The notes below the pieces were generated by a model. The model did not search any database, had not been told where the DNA came from, and was given only the letters and a program-made list of their open reading frames with translations. Positions 51,885 through 64,000 of a DNA stretch of 64,000 nucleotides are shown one piece after another. The position numbers and the translations under genes were made by a program. The stretch lies in assembly GCA_013265495.1 (NCBI GenBank), contig MU058463.1:248001-312000 (forward strand), in the 5' to 3' direction. This stretch comes from Vicugna vicugna. Lineage: Eukaryota. Every line of letters begins with the position of its first letter. Positions within the stretch are counted from its first letter, which is position 1.

Positions 51885-54800
51885 TTTTCAGACTAATTTT
51901 TAAGGGCAGTTTTAGGTTCACAGCAAAATTGACAGGAAGGTACAGAGCTTTTTCATATACACCCCACCTGCACACACGCACAGTATCCCCTGTTATCAAC
52001 ATCCCCACACAGTGGCACATTTATTACACTGATGACCTTACACAGACACATCATAATCACTCAAAATTCATAGTTTATTGTAGGATTCACTCTTATGTTG
52101 CACCTTCTCTGGGTTTGTACAAATCTGTAATGGTATGTATCATCATTATATCACACAGAGTATTATGAACAGCCCCAAAAACCTCTGTGCTCTGACTACG
52201 CATTCTTCCCAGACCCCTACAACAGCTGGCAACCACTGATTTTTTAACACGCCAAAGTTTTCCCTTTTACAGAATGCCATACAGTTGGAATCACACAGTG
52301 TATAGTCTTTTCATATTTTTTTAACTTAGTAATATGCATTTAAGTTTCTTCCATGTCTTTCATGGCTTGATAGGTCATTTCTTTTTAGTAATGAATAATA
52401 TTCCATTGTCTGAATGTACCACAGTTTATTTATTCATTCACCTACTGAAGGACCTCTTGGTTGCTTCCAAGTTTTGGATATTACAAATGAAGCTGTTATA
52501 GACATTCATGTGCAGGTTTTTAGGTGGGCATAAGTTTTCAATTCATTTGGGCAAATACAAAGGCATGTATTGCTTGATCCTATGGTAAAAATATGTTTAC
52601 TCTTATAAGAAACTGTAAAACTGTCTTCTAAAGTGGCTCTCTCATTTTGTATTCCCACCAGCAATGAATGAGAGTTCATTTTGCTTCACATCCTCACTAG
52701 TATTTGGCTTTGTCAGAGTTTGGAATTTTGGCCTTTCTAATAGATGTGTGATGGTATCTGGTTGTTGTTTTAATTTGCATTTCCAGTATGACATCATACG
52801 ATGACCTATGACATGGAAATCTTTTCATTGCTTAAATTATTTTGGTATCTGTTAACACCTTTAGCACATTTTTTGATTGGTTGTTTATTTTCTTATTGTT
52901 GAATTTATCAAGTGGCTAGATTATGTATTTTGGATAACAGTCCTTTATGAGATATAAGTTTTGCAAATATTTTCTCCCAGTCTGTGGCTTGTCTTCACAA
53001 TCTCTTGACATTATCTTTCAGAGAGCAAAAGTTTACAATTTTAATGACATCCAGCTTATCTATTTCCTTCATGGACTGTGCCTTTGGTGTTATATGTAAA
53101 ATAGCATTGCTATATGCAAGATCATCTAAATTGTCTCCTATGTTATCTTCTAGTTTTATACTTTTGTGCTTTACATTGAGATCTATGCCCCATTTTAAGT
53201 TAATTTCTTTAAGGATGGAAGGTCTTTGTCTATATTCATTTGTTTGCATGTGGATATCCAGTTGTTACAGTGCAATTTGTTCAAAAGACTATCTGTGGTC
53301 TATTGTATTGCTTTTCTTATTAGTTGACTACATTTATGTAGGTCTATTCCAGAATTTCTATTCAGTTCTATTGTTTTAATTTTCCATTTATTGCCAGAAC
53401 CATGCTGTCTTGATTATTGTACCTGTATATTAAGTCTTCAAGTCACATAGTGTCAGTCTTCCAACTTTGTTCTCCTTCCATAGTGAATGGGTTATTCTGG
53501 GTCTTTTGCCACTCCATATAAACTTAAAAAACAGTTTGTTGATATCCACAACATAACTTACTGGGATTTTGATTTGGATTATGTTGAATCTATAGATCAA
53601 GCCAGGAAGAAACTGATATCTTGAAAATCCATGTACGTAGAAAATCCATTTATTTAGTTCTTCTTTGATATCTTTCATCAGGGTTTAGTAGTTTTTCTCA
53701 TATTTATCTTACACATATCTTATTATATTTAAACCTAAGTATTTGATTTAGGGGGTCTAATGTAAATGGTAGTATGCTTTTAGTTTTAAATTCCACTTGT
53801 TCATTGCTAGTATTTAGAAAGCAGTTGACTTTTGTGTATTAACCTTGTACTCTGAAACTTTGCTATAATCACTTATCAGTTACAGGAGGGGTTTATTGTT
53901 GAATCTTTCGGACTTTCACCATAAATGATAGTGTCCTCTGCAAACAGAGACAATTTTATTTCATCCTTCTCAGTCTGTATAACCTTTTCTTATTGAAACA
54001 TTGTGGTGAGAGGGGACATCCTTGTTTTTTCCTGATCCTAGCCAGGAAGTTTTGAGTTTTTCACCATTACATATGATGTTAACTGCAGATTTTTGTAGAT
54101 GCACTTTATAAAACTGAGGAAGTTCCCTGTATTCCTAGTTTGCTAAGAATTTTTATCATGAATAGTTGTTGTATTTTGACAGATGCCTTTCATGCATCTC
54201 TTGATATGATCATGTAATTTTTCTTTTATAATCTGTTGATGTGATGTATTATATTAAGTGATTCCCAATTACTGAGCCCAGCCTTTCATATTTGTAGTAA
54301 ATTCCACTTGGTCATGGTATATAATTCTTCCTACACATTGTTGAATTTGATGATGCTAATATTTTGATGAGAGTTTTTCCATTTATGTTCATGAGAGATA
54401 TTGGTCTGTAGATTTCTTTTATTTTAATATCCTTGTCTGTTTTTGCCATTAAGATAATGTTGGTTTCATTAGGAACATGAATTATGAAGTGGTTCCTCTA
54501 CTTCCAGCCTCTTGAAAAAAATTATAGAAAATTTGTATAATTTCTTCCCTAAGTGTTTGGTAACATTCAGTAGTGAGCCATTTAGTCCTGGTGATTTGTT
54601 TTGAAAAGTGATTGCTTTTTTAAAAAATTAAATTTATTTAATAGATATAGGCCTATTCAAGTAATTTCTTCTCCTTTTGAGAATTTTGATACTTTGAGTC
54701 TTTCAAGGTTTTGGTCTATTTAATATAAATTATTAAGTTTGTAGACATAGAATTGCTTATAGTATTCTTTTATTATCCTTCAATGTCATTAAAATCCATA

Positions 54801-55280
54801 ATAATGACTTCTCTGACATTGGTAATGTGCACCTTCTCTGTTTTTCTCATGACTAACCTGGCCATAAGTTAATTATTTTTATGGATATTTTGCAAAGTAC
54901 CATTTTGAGTTTGGTTGATTTTCTCTCTGATTTCCTGTTCTCTATTCATTCATTTTTGTGCTAATTTTTATCATTTATTTTTATTGCTTGCTTTAGTCTT
55001 AACTTTTTCTTCCATTCCTTGTGATCTTGAATTTCTTGTGATTTAATTTTCCTTCTTTTGCCAAATATTTATTTAATACTAATGATGTTCCTCTAAGCAT
55101 GCTCTTACTGCATCCCAAATTTTTTGAATACTATATTTTCTGTTTCACTTAATTTAAAATATCTTTAATTGCTCACACTTCCTCTGTAATCCATATATTA
55201 TTAACAAAGATGTTGTTTAGTCTTTAAATATTTGAGGATTTTCCCACAACCTTTCTGTTATTGATGCCTAGTTTAAATTT
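51885..55280 (-). mobile_element. L1MC-type LINE-1, ~3.4 kb (3'UTR plus degenerate ORF2)
   Basis: Minus-strand peptides INLKWGIDLNVK..IKLEDNIG and MKDIKEELNKW..LIYRFN..IKIP..KFIW.GKRPRI; 'gaggggacatccttg' is the antisense of QGCPL. Confidence 0.92.
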
Positions 55281-56399
55281 ATGTTCTTACTTTTCCTTTT
55301 AGACAATTACCAAAAGTACCTTCAGATTTTCTAAGGAAAAATAAACTCAAAGTACATTTTTGAGATAGGGAAAACCATGTTTCAGCTTAGCATATTTATA
55401 TTTTTGTAGTGTTTATAGTATACTATTTTATTGCTAATTTATGATTCTCTATGGCTTGGAATTCATTATCAAAATTACTACCTAGATATATGTATAGAAA
55501 ATAATGTTAAACATGTGGGTTTCTACACTACCTAGACTCAAACTGTTTCCTTGCTTTTTAACCCAAGCCATTTCTTTTGAGTCTCCTTTTGATCTGATCC
55601 TTCAGATCTTACATATGCTTTGAGCTATTCCCAATCAGAATGGAGCCCTGTACTTGAGAGGATAAACCCTCATTGAATTTTTTAGCTTCTCTCCAATGCT
55701 GTGAATCCCCTATATCTTTGTTCATTCCTTTAACTTCCACTGGACACTGAATTGTAGCATGGAGTACATGTAAATTGTGTTTTTTTTATTGTGTATATTG
55801 TGATTCAGTTTTCTCTGACACTTATTTATATTTTATTTGTCCTTATGTCTCACTGTCTTCTTGGGAGTAGAGGGTAGGAGATTTGGATTTAGGCTGCCAT
55901 TTGCTCCTAGAATTGATTTCACACATGAAGCCTCAAATGGGTTCATTCCTAGAGAAGTTAAAAGGTGTGAGAGAGGATGTAACACACTGAGTTGGCCATC
56001 TGACAATGACAATCGAATACAGAGCCGTATTTAAAATAAATTTTGCTAACCTGCTACTCTCCACTGTGAATTGAAGGAATGCTAGTGGTGAAAAGGGGGA
56101 AGAAGGCAGCTAAATATAAGGACATACTGTTAAGTTACTAATTGCTCTTGAAATATCTACATGTATCTTGCCCTGTCCAGTCCCTATGAAGGTGGAGCCT
56201 TGTAACTAACTCAAGCTACAAGTGAGCAGAAGTGAACACACATGAACATTCAAGAAGACAATGACAAGCAGAAGTGAACATTATCAAAGAGAAAAAATTG
56301 TGAAAAGAAATCTTTTACCCATACATCCATAGTTTAATGCTTAATTACTATAACTATAACATAGGTCTTCATAACTTGTAGAATATATTCTCTGCACCA

Positions 56400-56790
56400 A
56401 TGATATTTTATCCCAAGAATATAATCAGGGGTTAATATTGGAAATTACATGTATTGTGTTCATAAAGTCAAGGAGAAAATGTCATATTCTTATTAATAAA
56501 TCTTAAAAAGCCCACATTTGAGCAAATTCAAATCCATTTTTGAGGAAATGTCTCAATTAATTAGAATTGAGTACTTTTTAAATTCCCCAAAGCAAAATCT
56601 CACTAAGTGGGATAATGATATTTTCTCCACTGTGTTTAAAAACAGAAGGAAAACATGTAAATTATAATTCCTATTATTAAACATTGTATTGGAAGCGTTA
56701 GCCAATGCAATTAGATAAAACCAGCTATTGGATGTATAAACATTAGGAAATGAGGCAAAACTGTCTCTATTCGCAGATGACAAAAGTAGT
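56400..56790 (+). mobile_element. Old L1 RT fragment
   Basis: 'ctattattaaacattgtattggaagcgttagccaatgcaattaga' (LLNIVLEALANAIR) and 'ttcgcagatgac' = FADD at 56770-56781. Confidence 0.75.
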
Positions 56791-59700
56791 ATAAAAATCA
56801 CTTGAAGAGTAAATGGAAACACTTGAAGGATAAATAGGAAGCCAACAAAATAGGATACCCCTGGGGAAGGCCTGGGGAATAGGATACAGGGTATATGATA
56901 CAGAAAACTTTTCTTGGTGTGTACCTTCTTCTGTGAATTTGAATCTAGACTATTAAATTGTTTTTGTATTTAAAAATAGTAAATAAAAAGTCATCATTGG
57001 CATTTGAAATAAACTAAAATGAATGATATTGTCTCTAAATTACTTGGTTCCAAGACCATAGTGAAGAAAGAATAATTTCAAATGGGGTTTTATAACACCA
57101 CATTTTGATCACATGTCAAAAATGGATACACTAGAAGTGATCCAAACTCCTTGCAGAAATGATTGAATCTTGATTTGGGACATCTGTGTTAGAAAATCTA
57201 ATGAGCACTTGTCAACACAGTAAAAGGAGCAAATTTAAATGTCTCACACAGTTTAATTAGGGGGAGTTTTATATTTAAAAAAAAGATGAAGCATTTGAAA
57301 CATATTGAATATACAAAAAAATCCACGAGTTTGCAATTGATACTTCAAGAAGCAAAAGCAAAGTTGAAAATTTCATTGTCCAGTACTGAAATACTCTTTC
57401 CACTGACTTCTTACTCTGAAAGTTGGGAGCTAATGGTGATGTGGTCAGTCTTTATCTTGCCTTCTGTAAAGAATTCCACTAGAGGGCAACTAAATAGCCC
57501 CAGATAATCAATGAAAGGTCTTTTTTTCAGAGGAATAACAGCTAAAAATGTAGAAAAAATATAGATTTAAGCATAGTTTAACTGCAACAAATTTTGTGAA
57601 AGAGGAAGCAGAGTTGAAAACAAGGAAATAAAGAACTATGTTGATATATTACTTATGAAAACACAAAATACATTTTCAAATTTCTTTTTCATCAGCCTCA
57701 ATTTGTAATACAGAAATGCTTTGCTAAATATGTTCCGTGTTTATTTTTTAATCATTCATCTGTGGCTCTCAAATGGATTTAGCCTGGGATGAGATGTAAG
57801 CCAAAACAAGCAAAGCACCACTTGACTCACAGAGATAAACAAACAAATCTGAGGTTATCAGAATATGCATGTGGTTTAATACACCCACAGAGAATGAAAT
57901 TTAAAATTTAATACGGTTGTATATATCATAATAAAAAAGCTGAACACAGAGCAAATAATTTCAGATTGCTACATCAAAATAGAAAGAATATATACTGAAT
58001 AATACTCATTTTTATTTAACTGAAATTACTCTGACTAGAAAGCATACCCTAGGCTAAAATAAATGATTTAGTTTATTTAATCCTTTCTAGTTTAGAAAAT
58101 ATGAAACATATAAACTAAAGTCCTGTAAATGTCTAGCAAACATCATATTTTGTCATAGTTTGGAAAATATTCTTTCTATCTTAAAAAGCTGGTAAAGGTA
58201 AAAGAGTTATCAGAGTTGAATAGATGTCATAAAAGATAATGGGGTTGTATGCCTTTTCCTAGATGAGAAACTGTGGCCAAAAAGAGTGGAAATCTTTTTA
58301 TCCTAAGAGCAAATTGGTTTAAATACCAAATATGTATTGGTACATTTTTCTTTGTTAGAATATGGAGTCTACATGATCATATAGTAAACATTATATTTAA
58401 TAGGCCTTATGTTAGATTTTATATTATTAGTACCTAATTATATTTACAATTCACAATAAAATGTCCTTCTATTTTCATTAAATCCAAATGTAACACCTAT
58501 TTTATTATTTTTTCAAAAATTACTAGTGGTTTAAAAAATCTTACTAAATACTCAACCAAAGAGTTGATGAAATTTCCAATGAACTTACATGAGAGATTAT
58601 ATGCCAATAATTAAGCAATGACTAAAAGGCACTGTGCAGCCCTTAAAAAAGTCAGTAGAATCAGAGTGAAAGATATGGTAAATCAAATAGACTATTTAAC
58701 TTTTTAAAAATGAAAATATGATTGAAAGCTATTTAATTTTAAGCACTTTAATTTGATTAAGATAGTTATATACTTATACTATATACATTTAGTGAAAATT
58801 TGTTTTCCTTAAATAAAAATTAAGAAAGAAAATTTTTTAAAAAAGCTTTATTTATCAATCTGATTCATAAAAGTGGCAAAGCCTCACATGAAAATTCACA
58901 ATGAAAGTAAGTTGCCAAAGGCATTTGGTGCAAAATTTTTTCCCAAATCTTCACCAGCTGCCTAACATATGAAATATTTGTATTTCATAGGAATTGTAAA
59001 GTGGCAAAAGAAAGCAAATTTTGTTTCCAAGTTCTGCCAAATATATTATTGTGAAAGAAAATGGAAGTAATTGTGTCATAGGTAAAATGACTAGTTTATT
59101 TAGAATGAGGAAGAAGAGAACATAGGACAGCATCTCAATGAATATGGAAATAGAAGGCTCATGGAATGCAATTTTATTTCTTTTGGTCAAAATTGGTAGT
59201 TTCATATTTATACATTTATTTATAAGATTAAAAATGTTTAAAAAGCAGCTTTAGAAACAATAGCATACTAATATAAAACTATAATAGAGTCTTCTCTCTG
59301 TTGAAATTACAAATATTTCTTGGATTGTCTGCTCTTAATAAGAAATTATAAAAGGCTTTTCTTTACTTCCTGAGTGATCTTTCCAGAAGGCAAAGATTCT
59401 GTGTCTTATCAGAATACTTTTCTGTGCTTTACATTAAATTTATAATGTTCTTGCTTATTTAAGAGAACAAGGTCTGACTTTTAAAATAACTAAAGTTATT
59501 CTTTTAAATAATCATATCACTCCTGTATTTATTTTTAAAAATTTTGTCATTTTGGTAAAACAGATAAGCAAGTATGTTTCTTAACCATTCATACTTCCAT
59601 TTAGCCAAATGTTCAAAATATCTGACATTCGACATTTTGCCTTCCGCAAACACTAACTGGCCTCACCCAAATGAAACATAAACCCCTTTGTATCTTCATC

Positions 59701-60079
59701 ACAAAAGGTAGTTTTACAATTTGAAGCAAGGTTCCTACCTAAATTAGATTCCTCCCATCTCACAGAGATGGGGAGATAAATTATCTATCTTCCTTGATGG
59801 TTAAATTTCAAAGGATTACTTCCACTTCTCCCTTAGTCAATCTTTAATAATAAATATTCTCTTTATTACATTCCTGGTTATTCCTCTCATTAAATGCTTG
59901 ATCTCTAAGACCTCCCAAGAGCTCTCAGTTCAACAGGCTCAATAAATAATATTAGGAGTCTTTCAGAGCCAATAAGAATATGAAGAACAGACAATGTGTG
60001 AAAAATACTTTACCAATCTCAATCTTGCAGTGACTTCTTCCATCTCTAATAATGTTTAAAGACAATTTTCTCTGTCTTA

Positions 60080-60470
60080 AACATCCAGGGAAACTGACCA
60101 AGTGTCCACATTTGCCTATTTCTTCCTCTGCTTTATCTTGACCAAACTTTAATCAAACTACTTTACTTTCTCTGCTGGCTTCCAAGCCTGAATAAGAACT
60201 AAAAAGTGTGACACGTCTTTTTTCAGCTTCTCCTGAGAATTGGTAGATCACAGTGAGACAATATCCTGTCAGACCTCACTGATCATTTCCACCTGCTTAT
60301 TCAACTTCTCCTTAAAAGATTTCTGCTAAAAATTTGCTCACCTCCCCCTACACTGTAAAATGAAAGCTTTATCTTTTTGAGATTCTTGCAGATTTCTGAG
60401 ATTAGATCATTCTCCCTATTTCAGTTATCTTTGTAATTAAAATCTCTCCTTATCTAAGTTCCAATTTTTT
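60080..60470 (+). mobile_element. ERV1 LTR relic (MER67-like)
   Basis: 'ttgaccaaactttaatca', 'ttctccctatttcagt...aattaaaatctctcctta'. Confidence 0.5.
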
Positions 60471-60474
60471 TAAA

Positions 60475-60912
60475 AATGTTGAATAGCTTTATTGAGGTAT
60501 AATTGATATACAAAGAACTGCACATATTTAATATTACAATTTGAGGAGTTTGGACATATAAAAACACCCTTGATACCATCACTGCCATTAAGGTAAGAGA
60601 TACATTCAACACCACTCAAAGCTTCTTTTTATCTCTTTCTTTTCCTTTCTCTTCTCATGATAAAAACACTTAATATGAGATCTACCCTCTTAATAAATTT
60701 TGAAGTACAGAATACCATATTGTTAGCTGTAGGCACTACGTCATACAGCATATTTCTAGAAATTATTGTTGCCATATGTAACAACATTTGTGAACCTGAA
60801 GGACATTATGATAAGTAAAATAAGCCCATCACAGAAGAAAAATACTATATGATTCCACTTCACATACTTCTGTGAGTTTGACTATTTTACAGTGGAATCA
60901 TGTAGTATTTTT
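60475..60912 (-). mobile_element. L1MA/MB-type 3' end with an internally inverted segment (60771-60860)
   Basis: 'agctttattgaggtataattgatatacaaa', 'aacacttaatatgagatctaccctctta'; sense-oriented 'gaacctgaaggacattatgataagtaaaataagcc'. Confidence 0.8.
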
Positions 60913-61199
60913 TTGTTTTTCAAAGAAGCAAAGACTACAAAAGTGGCTGACAATTTGTTTTTATTTGACACAAGTTGCAGACTGATTTTGTTTTCCTGTA
61001 TAGATAATGAATAAGGGATATAACCACTATAAAAAAGGATTTGAAAAAAGCCCATCCCCTCTCATACTCATTTTGCTGAAACGTTGCCTTTATTGAAATA
61101 TAATTGATAAGCTGTTTAAATAACAAAATTTATCTAGAAGGACTTCTAGTGACTATCATATTGTTGGACTGATTTTACCCAACACTTTAAAAATACTCT

Positions 61200-61648
61200 G
61201 CAGATACAAATATCCCTCATTATGTGTCCCACTTTCCCAAATTAAAACCTAGACCTCATTTTATCTGTTAGTGCTAAGGCACAGGCATGTGACTAGGCTC
61301 CCACAATCACATTACTCAAAAGATAATTAAATTGTGAGGAAAGGAAAATAGCTGTTGAGGGCATTCTTTACTGGTAAGTGTTGTTTCTCTTTGAAGGCAT
61401 CAGTGATGTAGGGTCCTAAGAGTCACCATAGCTCACAGACTTTTCATTGCTACAGTATGGGCTCTAGGTAGTGGTTACAGAGGCATTTTGCTGGAGAAAA
61501 TTCTTCCTTGGTTTGTTCACATAGTATTCTCATCATCTAAGCCTGGAGCTATTTGTCTTGGAAATCTTGTGAATATACTTTAATACATTTATTTTCTGTT
61601 AAAACCAAGAAAAGGATATTCTGATAATTTCAACTAGGAACCCTGAAT
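61200..61648 (+). mobile_element. Old ERVL LTR (LTR33-like)
   Basis: 'ggcatgtgactaggctc' and 3' end 'tttaatacatttattttctgttaaaacc...caactaggaaccctga'. Confidence 0.5.
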
Positions 61649-62109
61649 TGCAACTAGGGTTAAAGCTCTGTATCATATGCGTGGGGAAAAGTGAGATGAT
61701 CTTCAAAAATTTACCTAAACAGACTTCATAAAAGAGTAGTACAATTTTAATGGTTGGAACAGAATGAAAGTTTAAACCGAGGGGAAAAAAAACAAAACAA
61801 ACAAAAAAAAACTCTAGGAAGGGGAAGACCAAAGACACTTTCCTATGCCGGCGGGGAGTGAAGGTGAATGTTGATCAGCAAATGACAGACTACATACTCT
61901 GAATTGAAATATAAGAGAGGAAAATAGACATGTTCATGGTTATCGGGTAGTTAACTTCTTCCATTAAGTGGGGGGTTTTAGCATCTGCAAAACAACCCAG
62001 GAAATGTGTATCAGATACTGTTAGTTAGGTATTTCAGAGAGGAACCATAGCACAGAATATGGGGAGGGGTCTGTACCAGAAAAGTCCTGTAGGGTCCTGT
62101 GTGACTACA
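61649..62109 (-). mobile_element. ERV1 3' LTR
   Basis: TG...CA termini; immediately preceded on the minus strand by a polypurine tract (plus strand gttctccctttttctct, 62110-62126). Confidence 0.75.
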
Positions 62110-63350
62110 GTTCTCCCTTTTTCTCTGATACTCCTCAATCCTGAGGTGAACTGGATGATCACTGCTCTGGCTACTTCCTGCTGAATGGGGGCAAAGTCAA
62201 TTTTTCAGGATTTGAGAAGAGAAAGCCACTGATTTTCATTTCAAAGACTTCCTGAACCCGAAACTTAGTATAAGTATTTTGTATTATGAAAACATCACCT
62301 CCGTTTTGGATGGTTTTGCCAAAGGAACTGGAAAGACTTTTGAAAACTAGTAGACATTACAATTAAGATAATGATCATGCACTCTGAGAGCAGTTCCCGA
62401 AGGGGTCTTCCTATTCCAAATGACAATGAGGACAATAAGCCATGGAGCAGGTCCTCTCTACAAATATCTTGTAACCAAGTAGACTTTTGAAATATTCTAC
62501 TTGTTTGGGTTTAATTTCTCCAGGGGTATTAATATACATCTAGAGAATCTAGTGTCTTCTGCTGAGAGACTGTATCTTGAGCTGTCTTGTTTGTCAGTAC
62601 TATTCCTAAAATAAGAGAAAGGTTTCATGGTTACAAGAGGAACACTTGAGACAATAAGGCTGCAGTTGGCAGCTGCTAGCGGATATTGTTTTGAGAATGG
62701 CTGGTGGTGTCAAGTCTGATACAGTTTAGAAAACTCAAGTTCTTAGTAATATAGGAATGTGTCTGAACTAATGTCTACAATGGTCATCCAGTTCTATGTT
62801 GGATGTGTAAACCACAGTTACCCTTGATTTTTAAATGTGTTCTTTCACTTAATGGTTAAAACAGATGTGCAAAGCCTGTTTAATGGGCCATAAACAGGGT
62901 GTTTTGGTTAAAGTTCAAGTTAAATTGTGTATAAACTAGCATGACTTTCCCATACCTCAATATGTGAAATTATCTATCGTTTTTTCCTTCTGATTTGTAA
63001 ATCTTTTGATAGAAAGCATAAATGATCAAAATATTTGTCCCTCTATGCCAGGGTGGTCATGGTGCTACTATATATGTATATATTGCCTTGTTATCCATGG
63101 TGGAGGGAAAACTAATCAGACATAGTAAATAGCTTAGAGATATGCTAATGGGGAAACATTAGATAGCCCATGCATTTTATCAATTACATCCAATAAAAAG
63201 AGAAAGAGGAAAATAGTTCTTATTAGAAAGAAGTACACAAAGGGAGAAGGAGAGTGAATAGAAAGGTTTATGGTGGTGCTGTCTGTGCCCTAATGTTGTT
63301 GCTAGTAAGTTGCTGCTTTCTGATTTCATTTAAATCCACTTTGCCTATGG
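62110..63350 (-). mobile_element. Degenerate ERV1 internal region (3' part)
   Basis: Contiguous with the PPT and LTR; no ORF; distal boundary uncertain. Confidence 0.5.
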
Positions 63351-63402
63351 TATTAGTGGTATCATGTGGATAATTAAAAATGGTTAAAATGCATGCGATC
63401 AT

Positions 63403-63920
63403 TATTGAAAAGAAAGACATTTTCCTCTACTCTTCTAGGTTCTTCTGGTTGGTCTCAGAATTAAATTGGCATGAGCCAGATTAATAGGAGAAAACCAAAT
63501 ACAAATTTAATAACATGTGTACATGGGAGATACTCAGGAAAACTAATTCACCAAAATGGCTAAAGCCCTTACCTTAAATGAATTCCTCAGCTAAAGACAA
63601 AAGAGGTCATTGAGTGCAGTGGGAGTCAGTTATGGGAGGTTACCAGGAAAAGCACAGTAAAGGGTGATTTTGATACAGATTTAAGACTTTGTCTTCTCCA
63701 TCAATAAGAGTTTCTAGAGATTTGGTCACCTTCTTCTGCCAGGTACAGAGAGGAAGACACCCTTGCAAATGAAGATTTCTCTCACAAATTTAAATGTTTC
63801 TTACTAAAAGGCAACTCCTACTTGGTTTCCCAGTCAGCTGTTTTTCAGACAATAACCAGCTTAAATCAATTAATGTGTCAAAGACACATATTTTAGGGTG
63901 GCAAATTCTGTTCTCCTACA
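63403..63920 (-). mobile_element. Solo ERV1 LTR (MER34/LTR39-like)
   Basis: Ends 'atattttagggtggcaaattctgttctcctaca'; 4-bp flanks tcat/ccat. Confidence 0.75.
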
Positions 63921-64000
63921 CCATTTTTCATTGAAAAATAACAAATAGTGTTTCAGAAAGTATGGTATAAGTGAATGAAACCTCCTTAAAATGTGTTTGT

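Noticed and set aside
52984..53379. 131-aa plus-strand ORF
   Set aside because: Antisense to degenerate L1MC ORF2
61649..63920. Two LTRs as the paired ends of one provirus
   Set aside because: The LTR sequences are unrelated, and the second has its own TSD

Overview
AT-rich mammalian genomic DNA, either gene desert or deep intron, made up largely of transposable-element relics. I found no convincing host protein-coding exon, RNA gene, CRISPR array or prokaryotic feature. The repeat content is eutherian-wide (L2, MIR, MaLR/MLT, Charlie, MER3, L1M, a CR1/L3 relic) plus artiodactyl-type L1 3' ends and ERV1 LTRs. I saw no Alu, Bov-tA, CHR, PRE-1 or CAN SINEs, which suggests a camelid-like cetartiodactyl (inference). 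The dominant feature is a young, 5'-truncated LINE-1 (25589-28881). Its ORF2 is open for 908 codons (RT with YADD, C-terminal CCHC motif), interrupted only by one homopolymer frameshift near the 5' end. The best candidate target-site duplication lies ~310 bp beyond its own poly(A), which points to an L1 3' transduction carrying DNA from the donor locus. Other oddities include a perfect 15-bp hairpin inside an old LTR, an inverted duplication within an L1MB relic, an L1 5'UTR fused to inverted ORF2 scraps, a split MER3, and nested or chimeric LTR elements. Repeat family names come from recalled consensus resemblance, not from a database search, and boundaries of old repeats are approximate. I see no evidence for a novel multi-gene system.
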